Source of the DNA: Candidatus Krumholzibacteriota bacterium
GTDB lineage: Bacteria > Krumholzibacteriota > Krumholzibacteriia > LZORAL124-64-63
Direction: 5' to 3'
Assembly (NCBI GenBank): GCA_039714075.1
Contig: JBDLKA010000006.1
Location: forward strand, 16,800-80,799
DNA length: 64,000 nucleotides
Position 1 is the first letter of the stretch; every line of letters begins with the position of its first letter. Below, one piece after another: positions 37,989-47,963 of the stretch. Both the position numbers and the translations under genes were made by a program. The notes below the pieces were generated by a model. That model did no database searches. It worked only from the letters and a program-made list of their open reading frames with translations, and had not been told where the DNA came from.

Positions 37989-39313
37989 GTTCCGTAACAA
38001 GTGCGGAAAGCGGCACCAACCTGGACATCAAGGTCAAGCACCTGACCCGGGTCGAGGGGCACGGCAATATCGTGGTCAACATGAAGGAAGGGGTGCTGGA
38101 GAAGGCGCAGCTCGAGATCGTCGAGGCGCCCCGGTACTTCGAGGCCATGCTCAAGGGACGCAGCTTCCATGAGGCGGCGATCATCACCTCGCGGATCTGC
38201 GGCATCTGTTCTCTGGGCCACCAGATCACCTCGCTGAAGGCCACCGAGCAGGCGCTGGGCCTGGAGGTCAGCGAGCAGACGGTCCTGTTGCGCAAGCTGC
38301 TGATCCACGGGGCCACGCTGCAGTCCAACATCCTGCACGCCTACTTCCTGGCCGCGCCGGATTTCCTGAAGGTGGGTTCGGTGTTCCCGCTGGTGGGCAC
38401 GCATCCCGAGGTGGTGGTCCGGGCGCTCAGGATGAAGCGGCTGGCCAACGACATCGGCGACGTCGTCAGCGGCCGCGCCGTGCACCCGATCACTCCGGTG
38501 CCCGGTGGATTCACGCGCATCCCGACGGCGGGCGAGCTGAAGGAACTCAAACGCCGCCTGGAAGAGGACATGTATCCCGACCTGCTGGCCACGGTGGAAA
38601 CGCTGAAGGCGCTGGCCGGGGCCATCCCGCGGTTCGAACGGGAAACCGAGTACATCTCGCTGCGCAGCGATGATGATTACGCCCTGTACGACGGTGACAT
38701 CTGCAGCACCGACACCGGCCGGGTGCCGGACAGCGAGTACCTGAAGATGACCAACGAGTTCGTGGTGCCCCACAGCACCAGCAAACACGCCAAGGTCGGC
38801 CGGTCCAGCTACATGGTCGGCGCCCTGGCCCGCTGGAACAACAACCACGACCGCCTGTGCGAACTGGCGCATACCGCCGCGGGCGCGCTGGGCCTCAAAC
38901 CGGGCTGCTGCAACCCGTACATGAACACGATCGCCCAGGTGGTCGAAGCCGCCCATTGCGCCATCGACTCCATTGCGATCATCGACCAGTTGCTGGACGC
39001 CGGCTTGAAGGATGAAAAGCCCAACCAGGAACCGACGGTTTACGGGACGGGCGTGGGTGCGACGGAGGTGCCGCGCGGCATTCTGTACCACGAGTACACC
39101 TACGACCGGGCCGGCAGGATCACGGCCGCCAACTGCATCATCCCGACGGGTCAGAACCTGGCCAACGTCGACGACGACATGAAAAAGCTGGTGCCGGAGA
39201 TCATCGACAAGTCGAAGGAGGAGATTACGCTCCATCTGGAGATGCTGGTCAGGGCCTACGACCCCTGCATCAGCTGTTCGGTGCACATGCTGGACGTGGA
39301 CTTCATCGAGTAG
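37985..39313 (+). CDS. hydA: Group 3b NiFe hydrogenase large (alpha) subunit
   Basis: TRVEGHG; L1 SRICGICSLGH; L2 RAYDPCISCSVH with a short cleavable tail. Confidence 0.93.
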   Translation: MSSVTSAESGTNLDIKVKHLTRVEGHGNIVVNMKEGVLEKAQLEIVEAPRYFEAMLKGRSFHEAAIITSRICGICSLGHQITSLKATEQALGLEVSEQTVLLRKLLIHGATLQSNILHAYFLAAPDFLKVGSVFPLVGTHPEVVVRALRMKRLANDIGDVVSGRAVHPITPVPGGFTRIPTAGELKELKRRLEEDMYPDLLATVETLKALAGAIPRFERETEYISLRSDDDYALYDGDICSTDTGRVPDSEYLKMTNEFVVPHSTSKHAKVGRSSYMVGALARWNNNHDRLCELAHTAAGALGLKPGCCNPYMNTIAQVVEAAHCAIDSIAIIDQLLDAGLKDEKPNQEPTVYGTGVGATEVPRGILYHEYTYDRAGRITAANCIIPTGQNLANVDDDMKKLVPEIIDKSKEEITLHLEMLVRAYDPCISCSVHMLDVDFIE

Positions 39314-39322
39314 GCGGGAACC

Positions 39323-39775
39323 ATGAAGATCTTCGCGGTGGGCAATTCCTTCTTCGGGGACGACGGGGTCGGGGCCGCCGTGCTGGAAAGGATCCGGCGG
39401 GAGGACGTCTTTCCGGGCGCCGACCTGATCGACGTCCATACCGATGCCCTGGCCCTGCTCGACCACCTGAGCCGCGGGGAAATGAACGTGGTGGTGGATG
39501 CGGCGGAGATGGGCCTCGAGCCCGGCGCCGCGATCGGTTTCCGGCCGAGCGAAGTCCGGCTGAAGATCAATTCGGACCATCTGTCCATGCACGGGTTCGG
39601 CCTGGCCGAGGCTTTCGACCTGGCCGCCCAGCTGGACCGGATGCCGGACGACGTCCTGATCGTGGGCGTGGAACCGGAGCGTGTCCAAATCAATCAGGGG
39701 TTGTCCGCCGTCGTCAGCGATGCGGTGCCCCGAGTCATTTCCATCATTCAAGCGGAGGTTCAGTCAAATGGCTGA
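39323..39775 (+). CDS. Hydrogenase maturation endopeptidase
   Basis: VGNxFFGDDGVG, VVVDAA, SMHG. Confidence 0.9.
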   Translation: MKIFAVGNSFFGDDGVGAAVLERIRREDVFPGADLIDVHTDALALLDHLSRGEMNVVVDAAEMGLEPGAAIGFRPSEVRLKINSDHLSMHGFGLAEAFDLAAQLDRMPDDVLIVGVEPERVQINQGLSAVVSDAVPRVISIIQAEVQSNG

Positions 39776-40163
39776 AAAAACCATCCTGGTAATAGACGAC
39801 GACATCGATCTGGTGGAGATCATCCGGGTGACGCTGGAAAACCAGGGCTTCAAGGTGATCGACGCCCAGACCGGCGAACGCGGCCTGGCCATGGCAAAGG
39901 AACAGCGGCCCGACCTGATCCTGCTGGACGTCATGATGGGCAAGGTTGACGAAGGATTCCATGTGGCGTATGAGTTGCGGAGCGACGATACGACAGCCGA
40001 GACGCCCATCCTGATGCTGACCGCGGTGACCGACCAGACAGGGTTCGATTTCGACCCGGGCAGGGACAAGGATTTCCTGCCGGTGAACGAGTTCCTGGCC
40101 AAGCCGGTCAGTCCCCGCATGCTGGTGGATATGGTGCGCAAGCATTTGCCGACGAGTGTGTGA
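39768..40163 (+). CDS. Single-domain response regulator
   Basis: ILVIDDD...LLDVMM...MLTAV...LAKP. Confidence 0.9.
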   Translation: MAEKTILVIDDDIDLVEIIRVTLENQGFKVIDAQTGERGLAMAKEQRPDLILLDVMMGKVDEGFHVAYELRSDDTTAETPILMLTAVTDQTGFDFDPGRDKDFLPVNEFLAKPVSPRMLVDMVRKHLPTSV

Positions 40164-41533
40164 GGTGTGATCTGCGAAGCCCGAATGAACCCATAGCGCC
40201 CGGTTCCTCCCAGTTCGTATCGGCGGTTTCGCTGCGCCTGCGGCTGGACTGGTTCAACAAGCTGCGCTGGGGAGCGGCCCTCGGGATCATGGTCCTGGTG
40301 TTTGTCGCCGGCGTGGTGCTCGAGGCGGACATAGAGGTGCGGGGCCTGCTGTTGACCGGTGCGGTCCTGTTGCTGTTGAACACCATCTACGTGATCCGCA
40401 GCCGGCGCTTCCCGGCGGTGGAAATCACGCGGGAGCTGCGCCTGGTCAAGGTCCAGATGGTCTGTGATCTGGTCGCGCTGACCATCATGCTGAACCTGTC
40501 CGGCGGGGTGGAAAACCCCCTTCTTTTCATCTACATCATCCACGTGATCATCGCCAGCCTGCTGTTCAAGGGGCGGGAAATCTTCCAGATCGCCTGGCTC
40601 GCCATCTTCCTGTTCACGGCCGAGGTCTTCGGCGAGTTTTTCGATCTGTTTCCCCACCATCACCTGCCGACCGCCGGTGAAATGTCCCATGAACTTCCCT
40701 TCATCCTGATGACCCTGGGCTCGTTCTGGCTGGTGATCCTGTTCAGCGCCTATGTCGGGGCCCTGATCATGAAGCACAACCGGTCCATCAAGGATGAACT
40801 GGTCGTCCGGCAAAAGGTGTTGTTGTCCGAAGACCGGGCCAAGACCGACTTCTTCCGTTACGTTACCCACGAAATAAAAAGCCCGGTGAATACCGCGCAA
40901 AGCGGAGTGGAAACCGCCCTCGATCTGGGAGGCGACTCCCTGGCTCCCTCGATCCGGGACGTCCTCGGCCGGGCGGTCAGCCGGCTCCAGCAGGCCACCA
41001 GAATCGTCCAGGATCTGGCGGACCTGACCCGCGGGGGTGTTCTCAAGGAGGAAAACCTGGCCGCGGTCGATTTAAACAAGCTGATCACCACCGCGGTCGA
41101 CGCCCAGGGTGAGGTGGCGGTCCGCAGCGGTCTGAAAATCGACCTGGCGCTTCCGGACCGGCCGGTGGTCCTGACCACGGTTCCTCCCATGGTCGAAACC
41201 GTGGTCGCCAACCTGGTGAACAACGCCTTTCGCTACAGCCACGACGGCGGCCGGGTTTGGGTAAGGGTCGTGGACCTGGGCAAGAGGGTGAGCCTGGTGG
41301 TGGAGGACGAGGGTATCGGAATCTCGGAGGAAGACCTCGACCTGATATTCGAAGAGTTCTTCCGCTCCACCTCGGCGCGGGACAAATCGAATCTGGGCAC
41401 CGGCCTGGGCCTGCCCATCGTCAGGAAGTTCGTGGAGGAATTGGGGGGCTCCATCGAGGTGGAGAGCAAGGAAGGCACGGGATCGCTCTTCACGGTGACT
41501 CTGCCGCGGCGATCCCGGAAAAAGAGGAAATGA
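40160..41533 (+). CDS. Multi-TM sensor histidine kinase
   Basis: Several TMs (SGGVENP motif); THEIKSP; NLVNNAFRY; GTGLGL. Confidence 0.9.
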   Translation: MRCDLRSPNEPIAPGSSQFVSAVSLRLRLDWFNKLRWGAALGIMVLVFVAGVVLEADIEVRGLLLTGAVLLLLNTIYVIRSRRFPAVEITRELRLVKVQMVCDLVALTIMLNLSGGVENPLLFIYIIHVIIASLLFKGREIFQIAWLAIFLFTAEVFGEFFDLFPHHHLPTAGEMSHELPFILMTLGSFWLVILFSAYVGALIMKHNRSIKDELVVRQKVLLSEDRAKTDFFRYVTHEIKSPVNTAQSGVETALDLGGDSLAPSIRDVLGRAVSRLQQATRIVQDLADLTRGGVLKEENLAAVDLNKLITTAVDAQGEVAVRSGLKIDLALPDRPVVLTTVPPMVETVVANLVNNAFRYSHDGGRVWVRVVDLGKRVSLVVEDEGIGISEEDLDLIFEEFFRSTSARDKSNLGTGLGLPIVRKFVEELGGSIEVESKEGTGSLFTVTLPRRSRKKRK

Positions 41534-41558
41534 GACGACTCAGCCCGGAGAACATGAA

Positions 41559-42038
41559 ATGCCGGACAAGATAAATTGCGGAGGATTGATGGAACGGGGC
41601 GACCTGTGCCTGGTCGAGGTGCTCGGTTTCGATTGGCGGCCGGGCCAGGCCTGCGGCATCCTGGGAAAATTCGGTCAGGCGGGGATCTCGTTGTCCTATC
41701 TCAGCATCGGCAACGGGCCCGAAGGGGACAAGAACATGTCCTTCTGCCTGAGCACCACGAAGCTGGCCGACCACCGGCACCTGCTGGACGAGGTCCAGGC
41801 GGAATACAACCCCACCAAGATCGAAGCCCGCGCGCCCATGGTCATCCTGACTCTCTACGGGCCACATTTCCTGGAAAAGCATAATCTGGCCAGCGAGGTG
41901 TTTTCGGCCCTGTGCGTGGACGGTATCAACGCCCACACGGTGTGCTCGTCGGTCAACAGTATTTCGGTGGTGGTCGATACGCTGGACCGGGACCGCACGG
42001 TGGCGTGCCTCGGGCAGAGGTTTTCCTGGCCGGAATAA
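41559..42038 (+). CDS. Tandem ACT-domain protein (aspartokinase regulatory-like)
   Basis: PGQACGILGKFGQAGISL and LYGPHF...LASEVFSAL...GINAHTVCSSVNSISVVV. Confidence 0.75.
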   Translation: MPDKINCGGLMERGDLCLVEVLGFDWRPGQACGILGKFGQAGISLSYLSIGNGPEGDKNMSFCLSTTKLADHRHLLDEVQAEYNPTKIEARAPMVILTLYGPHFLEKHNLASEVFSALCVDGINAHTVCSSVNSISVVVDTLDRDRTVACLGQRFSWPE

Positions 42039-42039
42039 C

Positions 42040-43527
42040 TCAGTTCAACAGCCAGGTGGTGGCCAGGCGCAGTTCGGGGATCCGCTCGTTGACGTCGTCG
42101 AGGCCCTCGAGGTGGTAGTTCCGCCGGGAATTGATCAGCCGGTATTCCAGACCCAGGCCCAGGTTGAAGCGGATGGGAAGCTCCATCCGGACGAACGATT
42201 CACCCAGGAAGTGGTCGGCGTCGTTGCCGTTGACGGTGTGGATCCAGCTATGGGTGTGGCCGACGTGCAGATAGTGCCAGCCGTTCCGGCCGATCCTGGC
42301 CGCCAGGTCCACGCCGGCGCCCGGTCCGTAGTCGTAGGTCCGGCCCGAAGTGCTGCGGTAATCCGACTTGTTGGCCCCCAGGATGATGGCGTTCGTGTGA
42401 AGCTCGGTCCTTATTTCCAGCCCGGAGTCCGTTTCGAACCGGGACATGAGGCCCGCTCCCAGGCTCTGGGCGCCGAACTCGACCTTGGAGTTGTTGAGGT
42501 AGTCGTAGCGGAGGAAGCCGGCCAGGATGTGCGAGGACGGATCGGTCTCCTTCAGGAAGGTTCCGGCCAGCATGCCGTTGACTTCCACCCGCCCGACCAG
42601 CTTGACGTCGGCGAAGTTCAACTGCAGGTCCATGTCGAAGGAGTCGAAGGGCTGGTCCATGTCCCCGAAAAACATGTCTCCGTATTCGAAGTCGAACTTC
42701 ATGTAGACCCGGGTCGTATCGGTTTGCCACAGCTGGTCGTCGGCGACGGTGCGGAAACCGATATCCATCTGGGAACTGTAGTTGGCGGGGAAACGGTCCG
42801 GGCTGTTCGCGTAGACCCGGCCCCAGTCGCCGTCGAGGATACGGTTCAACCCTCCCATGGGGTTGATCAGCATCCCACCGACTTCGCGCCAGTTGCGCGA
42901 GCTGCCGGTGGCGGTGTTGTCGCGGACGGTCATGGACAACCGGTGGAGCATTTCACCCAGGGTGACGCCGCCCACGCTGGTGGCGATCCAGTCGTTCATC
43001 GAGGGGTGGTGGACCTCGAAGAAGAATTCCCACAGGTAGCTGCCGGCAAAAGTGAAGGGCACCGACTCCCAGAAGGTGTAGCCGTTGCCGCGGGCGGCGT
43101 TGAAGTACTGGCTGCCGTGGTAGGGATGGTCGATCTGGTTGGTCGAGAAGTTGTTGTCGTCCCACTCGAAACCGTTGGCGAGATTTTCCGACATGGAGTT
43201 GAAGCCGATGCGGAAACCGGGATTGGTGCCCCCCTCCCGGATATAACGGTCGTAGAACCAGATCAGGGCGTTCAGTCCCACGACCTCCACGGCGGCCCGG
43301 GTGAAGTTTTTCTTCACGATGATGGAGGTATCGGTGAGCGCCGAACGGTTGGTCTTGTCCCAGTCGATGGGCTTGGGTTCGTTGGCGTCCCATTTCTCGG
43401 GGGGCAGGGTGCCCTGCGCCTGGTCGGGATTGCGCACGGGGTCCGTCTGGGCGGCACACGGAGCCGCCAGACCCGCCAACAGGGTCACCGAAACCAGGAA
43501 TATCAGGTTGATCAGTTTGACTTTCAT
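42040..43527 (-). CDS. DUF3943-like outer-membrane protein
   Basis: FEWDDNNFSTNQIDHPYHGSQYFNAARGNG...WEFFFE...PSMND...GEMLHR; beta-rich C-terminus. Confidence 0.78.
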   Translation of the reverse strand: MKVKLINLIFLVSVTLLAGLAAPCAAQTDPVRNPDQAQGTLPPEKWDANEPKPIDWDKTNRSALTDTSIIVKKNFTRAAVEVVGLNALIWFYDRYIREGGTNPGFRIGFNSMSENLANGFEWDDNNFSTNQIDHPYHGSQYFNAARGNGYTFWESVPFTFAGSYLWEFFFEVHHPSMNDWIATSVGGVTLGEMLHRLSMTVRDNTATGSSRNWREVGGMLINPMGGLNRILDGDWGRVYANSPDRFPANYSSQMDIGFRTVADDQLWQTDTTRVYMKFDFEYGDMFFGDMDQPFDSFDMDLQLNFADVKLVGRVEVNGMLAGTFLKETDPSSHILAGFLRYDYLNNSKVEFGAQSLGAGLMSRFETDSGLEIRTELHTNAIILGANKSDYRSTSGRTYDYGPGAGVDLAARIGRNGWHYLHVGHTHSWIHTVNGNDADHFLGESFVRMELPIRFNLGLGLEYRLINSRRNYHLEGLDDVNERIPELRLATTWLLN

Positions 43528-43585
43528 TTCTTTCCGCGGGTGGAAGGGTCCGTACTTTGGGCGCAATCCTAGGCCAAAATCGTAT

Positions 43586-43614
43586 TTGCCGCTACTGAAA
43601 GCTTGGGTTAGGAT
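43586..43614 (+). promoter_or_regulatory. Sigma70 promoter, likely leaderless transcript
   Basis: TTGCCG-N17-TAGGAT with ATG 6 nt downstream. Confidence 0.5.
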
Positions 43615-43620
43615 GTGCCC

Positions 43621-44274
43621 ATGTCGAATTCCCGAAAAACCAGCAATCTCTTTATGGTGTTGGCTCTTACAGTCATGGTCCTGTGCCTGTCGGCAGGCCC
43701 GGCCACCGCGCGGAAGACCCATGTCCGTGACGGATGGCTGGTCGGCCTATCCTACGGCTACAGCCAGGGCCACATAAGCTGGTCCGGTGAGCCGCAGGGT
43801 TCCTACAAGGGAGGGGCCATTCCCCAGATCCGATTTGGCCGCATGGTCAGCAGCAAACTGGCCCTGGGTTTGGAATACCACGGCTGGATGCTGGAACAGG
43901 GGATCGTGCCGGTGAAGATCCGCAGCAGTCTGCAGAGCGCCACCCTGGCGGCCACCTGGTATCCCGGCGGGGCCGGCTCGGCCTGGGAGGGGTTCTACCT
44001 CCGGGGAGGCGCGGGTTACGCCTGGGCTGGATTATCCTTCGTCGAGATCGATGAAGAACCCCCGGAACACGTGCCCCTGGAGCAGGAACACGGCACGCGC
44101 TACGATGAATCGGGTCTGGGGCTCAATGTCCAGATGGGCTACGAATTCCGGGTCAGCCGGAGTTTCGCGGGGGGGATCGGCATGGGTTTCGATTACCTGT
44201 CGATCGACAAGACCATCTACAAGTCGTCCTACTATTTCCCCGTCACCCTGACCGCGGTCTGGTACTGGGACTGA
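43621..44274 (+). CDS. Small outer-membrane beta-barrel protein
   Basis: Signal peptide; GFYLRGGAGY, GYEFRV, terminal aromatic strand. Confidence 0.75.
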   Translation: MSNSRKTSNLFMVLALTVMVLCLSAGPATARKTHVRDGWLVGLSYGYSQGHISWSGEPQGSYKGGAIPQIRFGRMVSSKLALGLEYHGWMLEQGIVPVKIRSSLQSATLAATWYPGGAGSAWEGFYLRGGAGYAWAGLSFVEIDEEPPEHVPLEQEHGTRYDESGLGLNVQMGYEFRVSRSFAGGIGMGFDYLSIDKTIYKSSYYFPVTLTAVWYWD

Positions 44275-45333
44275 TCAGCATATCCGCGGCAACTGCTCTC
44301 CCACCGGCATATCCACGATGCGTTCGGCCCCCAGGCCGGTTTTCATGGCCACCAGCCCCGGATGATCCGCCACGACTTCGCCGATGACCGCCGCGTCCCG
44401 GCCATGTTCGTGGGCCCGCATGGCCTTTACCACGGCGTCGGCCTCGTCCCCGGGAACCACGGCGATCAGCTTGCCCTCGTTGGCCACGTACAGGGGATCG
44501 ATACCCAGGATCTCGCAGGCGCCCCGCACGTCCGGCCGCACCTTGACGGCGCCCTCGTCCAGTTTGATGCCCACTTTGCTGGCCCTGGCGAATTCGTTCA
44601 GGGTGGTGGCCGCGCCGCCGCGGGTGGGGTCGCGCAGGGTCTTGGCGCCCGGCCCGGCGGCGAGGATTGTCGTCACCAACCCGTTCAGGGCCGCGGTGTC
44701 GCTGATCACCGTGGACTGGAAGCTGAGTCCCTCGCGCACGGTCATGACCGCCATGCCGTGATCGGCCAGGGTTCCGGACAGGATGACCGCGTCTCCCGGT
44801 TCCAGGGAACCGGCCGACAGACGCACGCCGTCGGGAATGACGCCCACGCCCGAAGTGTTGATGAAGATTCCGTCGCAGCTGCCGCGGCCGACCACCTTGG
44901 TGTCGCCGGTGACGATGCGCACGCCCGCCTTCTTCGCCGCGCTTTCCATCGAACACAATACCCGGTGGAAATCCGCGAGCGGCAGCCCCTCCTCGAGCAC
45001 GAAACCAACCGACAGAGCGTGGACTTCCGCCCCGCCCATGGCCACGTCGTTCACGGTGCCGTTGACCGCCAGTTCGCCGATGTCGCCGCCCGGAAAAAAG
45101 ATGGGGCTGACCACGAAGGTATCGGTGGAAAAGGCCAATCGTCCCGGCGGCAATTCGAGCACGGCCTGGTCTTCGAGCTTCTCCAGTTCGGGGCTGGCGA
45201 AGCGGGGCATGATCAGCTTGTCGATGAGGTCGGCCGACAGCAGGCCGCCGGCCCCGTGGGCCAGCTGGATGGAATCGTGGTCCATCAGCGGCAGCGGGCA
45301 ACTCATTTTGCCGAAGTCCGGGCGTTCGGTCAC
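44275..45333 (-). CDS. hypE: Hydrogenase maturation carbamoyl dehydratase HypE
   Basis: [18 protein letters not shown]-terminal PRIC. Confidence 0.96.
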   Translation of the reverse strand: MTERPDFGKMSCPLPLMDHDSIQLAHGAGGLLSADLIDKLIMPRFASPELEKLEDQAVLELPPGRLAFSTDTFVVSPIFFPGGDIGELAVNGTVNDVAMGGAEVHALSVGFVLEEGLPLADFHRVLCSMESAAKKAGVRIVTGDTKVVGRGSCDGIFINTSGVGVIPDGVRLSAGSLEPGDAVILSGTLADHGMAVMTVREGLSFQSTVISDTAALNGLVTTILAAGPGAKTLRDPTRGGAATTLNEFARASKVGIKLDEGAVKVRPDVRGACEILGIDPLYVANEGKLIAVVPGDEADAVVKAMRAHEHGRDAAVIGEVVADHPGLVAMKTGLGAERIVDMPVGEQLPRIC

Positions 45334-46424
45334 AGCAGGCCCTTCCTGGAGTATTTGTGGTACGCGGCGCAGGCGCCTTCGCTGGAGACCATGGTGGCGC
45401 CCAGCGGCGAGGTCGGAGTGCACTCCTTGCCGAAGGCCGGGCACTCGTGCGGCTTCTTCAAACCCTGCAGGATTTCCCCGCTGATGCAGACCTCCGGTTC
45501 CTCGGTCACGATGTCGTCGACGGCGAATTTCTTCTCCGCGTCGAAGGCCGCCAGTTCGTCGCGGATCTTCAAGCCGCTGCCGGGAATGTTGCCGATGCCC
45601 CGCCATTTGCGGTCGCAGACTTCGTACACTTCATCGACCACCGCGCGCGCCGCTGGGTTGCCTTCGGCCCTCACCACGCGCAGATACTGGTTTTCCACGC
45701 CCGGCTCGCCGCTCTCCAGAAGCTGAACGGTTTTCAGGATGCCCTCGAGAATATCCACCGGTTCGAACCCCGTCGGCACGATGGGCACTTTGTATTTAGC
45801 GGCCAGGGGTTCGTATTCCTCCCAACCCATGATGGAACACACGTGGCCCGCGGCGAGGAAACCCTGCACCCGGTTGACGGGCGAAGAAAGAATGGCCTCC
45901 ATGGCCGGCGGCACCAGCACGTGGCTGACGATCTCGGAGAAGTTGGCCAGCCCTTCGGCGGCGGCCTGCTTGACGGCCATGGCGTTGCCCGGCGCGGTGG
46001 TCTCGAAGCCCACCGCGAGAAAAACCACTTCGCGAGCGGGATTTTCCCGGGCCAGTTTCACCGCTTCGAGGGGCGAGTAGACCATGCGGACGTCGCCGCC
46101 CCGCGACTTGACCCGGAACAGGTCGTCACGGCTGCCGGGAACGCGCAGCATGTCGCCGAAGGAAGTGAAGATCACCTCGTCGCGCGCGGCGATGGCCAGC
46201 GCCCGGTCGATGGTTTCCAGAGGCGTGACGCACACCGGGCAGCCGGGGCCGTGGACCAGGGTGATCTCCGGCGGCAGCAACTGATCGATGCCGTACCGCA
46301 TGATCGCATGGGTCTGCCCGCCGCAGATCTCCATGATCACCCAGGGCCGGGTGACGGTCCGCTTGATTTCTCCCAGCAGACCCTTGGCCAGTTCGGGGTC
46401 ACGGAATTCGTCCAGGTATTTCAC
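45330..46424 (-). CDS. hypD: Hydrogenase maturation protein HypD
   Basis: [34 protein letters not shown]. Confidence 0.97.
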   Translation of the reverse strand: MKYLDEFRDPELAKGLLGEIKRTVTRPWVIMEICGGQTHAIMRYGIDQLLPPEITLVHGPGCPVCVTPLETIDRALAIAARDEVIFTSFGDMLRVPGSRDDLFRVKSRGGDVRMVYSPLEAVKLARENPAREVVFLAVGFETTAPGNAMAVKQAAAEGLANFSEIVSHVLVPPAMEAILSSPVNRVQGFLAAGHVCSIMGWEEYEPLAAKYKVPIVPTGFEPVDILEGILKTVQLLESGEPGVENQYLRVVRAEGNPAARAVVDEVYEVCDRKWRGIGNIPGSGLKIRDELAAFDAEKKFAVDDIVTEEPEVCISGEILQGLKKPHECPAFGKECTPTSPLGATMVSSEGACAAYHKYSRKGLL

Positions 46425-46681
46425 GTGATGTCCTTTTCCTTGGCGTCTTTTTCCATGATGTCCGCCAGACGGCCCAGTTCACGCAGCGAGGCCTGGGCCT
46501 CTTCCTCGTTGAGCACCTGCAAGGCGAACCCGGCGTGCACGATGACGTAGTTGCCCACTTCCGCTTCGGGAGTGTACGTCAGGCAGGCCTGGTTGCGTGT
46601 GCCGGCATAGTCGATCAGGCCCATGACCAGCCCGTTCTCCTCGAAAGTTTCAAGCACCTTGCCGGGTATGGCCAGACACAT
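46421..46681 (-). CDS. hypC: Hydrogenase assembly chaperone HypC
   Basis: MCLAIPGKV...[10 protein letters not shown]. Confidence 0.96.
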   Translation of the reverse strand: MCLAIPGKVLETFEENGLVMGLIDYAGTRNQACLTYTPEAEVGNYVIVHAGFALQVLNEEEAQASLRELGRLADIMEKDAKEKDIT

Positions 46682-46774
46682 GGCCGCTCCATTCTGTTCG
46701 ATGCAGGGATGGTAATCGGCGTCCCGCTTCCTGTATAATAACACCCCGAACCGGTAAATTCAGGAGGATTCGAC

Positions 46775-47602
46775 TTGCGTTATCCATACTTGTTATTGGC
46801 TCTGGCGGCGCTTTGTTTTTGTGTCGGCGCCTGCAGTGACGACGACCCCGCAAGGCCCGGGGAATTCGCGGTCACCATCAAGGTTGCCGATGCCGCCGGC
46901 GACCCCGTGGAGGGGTTGCGGGTGGGCCTGGTCAACGACACTTCGTTTCTCCCGGACGGAGCCCGGGCAGCCAAGGCGGCCACGAGCATCCGGTTTCAGA
47001 TGGCGGTTTCAGCCCGGCTCCTGTTCACCATCGAGGACATCGAAGGCCGGGAAATCCGGATTCTGGTCGACGAGGACCTGAACGCGGGCACCTACACCTT
47101 GATGTGGGATGGTGTGGACAATGAGGGTGTTCACCAGCCTTCGGGCCGTTACACCGCTCACATGGCCGCAACGGAACTCGACACGGGCGACCTGATGTTC
47201 GAAGACAGGACGGACATGCTGCTGGCGATGCTTGATATGTCGCGGGTGCCGGCCGGCTACACCGATGGTAACGGAAAACTGGTGCTGAAAGACAAGAAGC
47301 TGTTTCCCCACCTTTACGACTTGCCGGATATGCAGGCCACCAACGAAAACGGTGAACCCATCGGCCTGATTAATTTGACGCCGTTGATGCGGATCAGCCT
47401 GAAGGACGAAGTCGGCGGCGGGTACATGAACTTCAAGGAAGAGATCATCGCGGGAACGGTTTTGAACGTGGTCTGGGACCCCCGGCTGACAACCGGAACC
47501 GAGTTCCAGGCAACGGATATCGGGGAGCCGGATTATGTCGGGCCCCCGCCTCCGGAAGGAAAATTCGAACTGAGCGGGGTCTACCCCAATCCGTTCAATT
47601 GA
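46775..47602 (+). CDS. Lipoprotein with split FlgD/CTD-like Ig domain
   Basis: RBS AGGAGG, TTG start; lipobox VGAC; GREIRILV...AGTYTLMWDGVDNEG...PSGRY; ends YPNPFN. Confidence 0.8.
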   Translation: MRYPYLLLALAALCFCVGACSDDDPARPGEFAVTIKVADAAGDPVEGLRVGLVNDTSFLPDGARAAKAATSIRFQMAVSARLLFTIEDIEGREIRILVDEDLNAGTYTLMWDGVDNEGVHQPSGRYTAHMAATELDTGDLMFEDRTDMLLAMLDMSRVPAGYTDGNGKLVLKDKKLFPHLYDLPDMQATNENGEPIGLINLTPLMRISLKDEVGGGYMNFKEEIIAGTVLNVVWDPRLTTGTEFQATDIGEPDYVGPPPPEGKFELSGVYPNPFN

Positions 47603-47614
47603 TCCGCCTGGGTG

Positions 47615-47908
47615 TTACTCCCCGGTCGCCTCGTCCAGGATCTGCTGCAGGTCTTCCTGCTTGATCGCCATCATCAGCTCGCCGTCGGGATACTTGACGG
47701 CCATGACGCCCTGCTCGCAGCCGCCCAGGCAACCGCTCTGGAATACGCGGACCCGTCCCTCCAGACCCTTCTCCTTGACCATGTTCTTCAGCTCATCACG
47801 CAGGTCGCGTCCGCCGCGGTCGGCGCAGCAGGGTTTGGGATGCCCGTCGGGCCGCTTGTGGGTGCAGACGAAGATGGCGTTGGGAAAGGGCGCGGGAAAT
47901 TTCAACAT
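47615..47908 (-). CDS. Thioredoxin-like (2Fe-2S) ferredoxin
   Basis: IFVCTHKR...CC...SGCLGGCEQG...YPDG. Confidence 0.85.
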   Translation of the reverse strand: MLKFPAPFPNAIFVCTHKRPDGHPKPCCADRGGRDLRDELKNMVKEKGLEGRVRVFQSGCLGGCEQGVMAVKYPDGELMMAIKQEDLQQILDEATGE

Positions 47909-47963
47909 CGTTCACTCCGGGGTTGGCGGGTGTTGATTTTAATTTTCCCTACTAATAACTGAT

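Noticed and set aside
39255..39290. Possible selenocysteine (NiFeSe) hydrogenase
   Set aside because: Both L2 motifs use Cys codons (DPCISC, DPCIAC); no in-frame TGA
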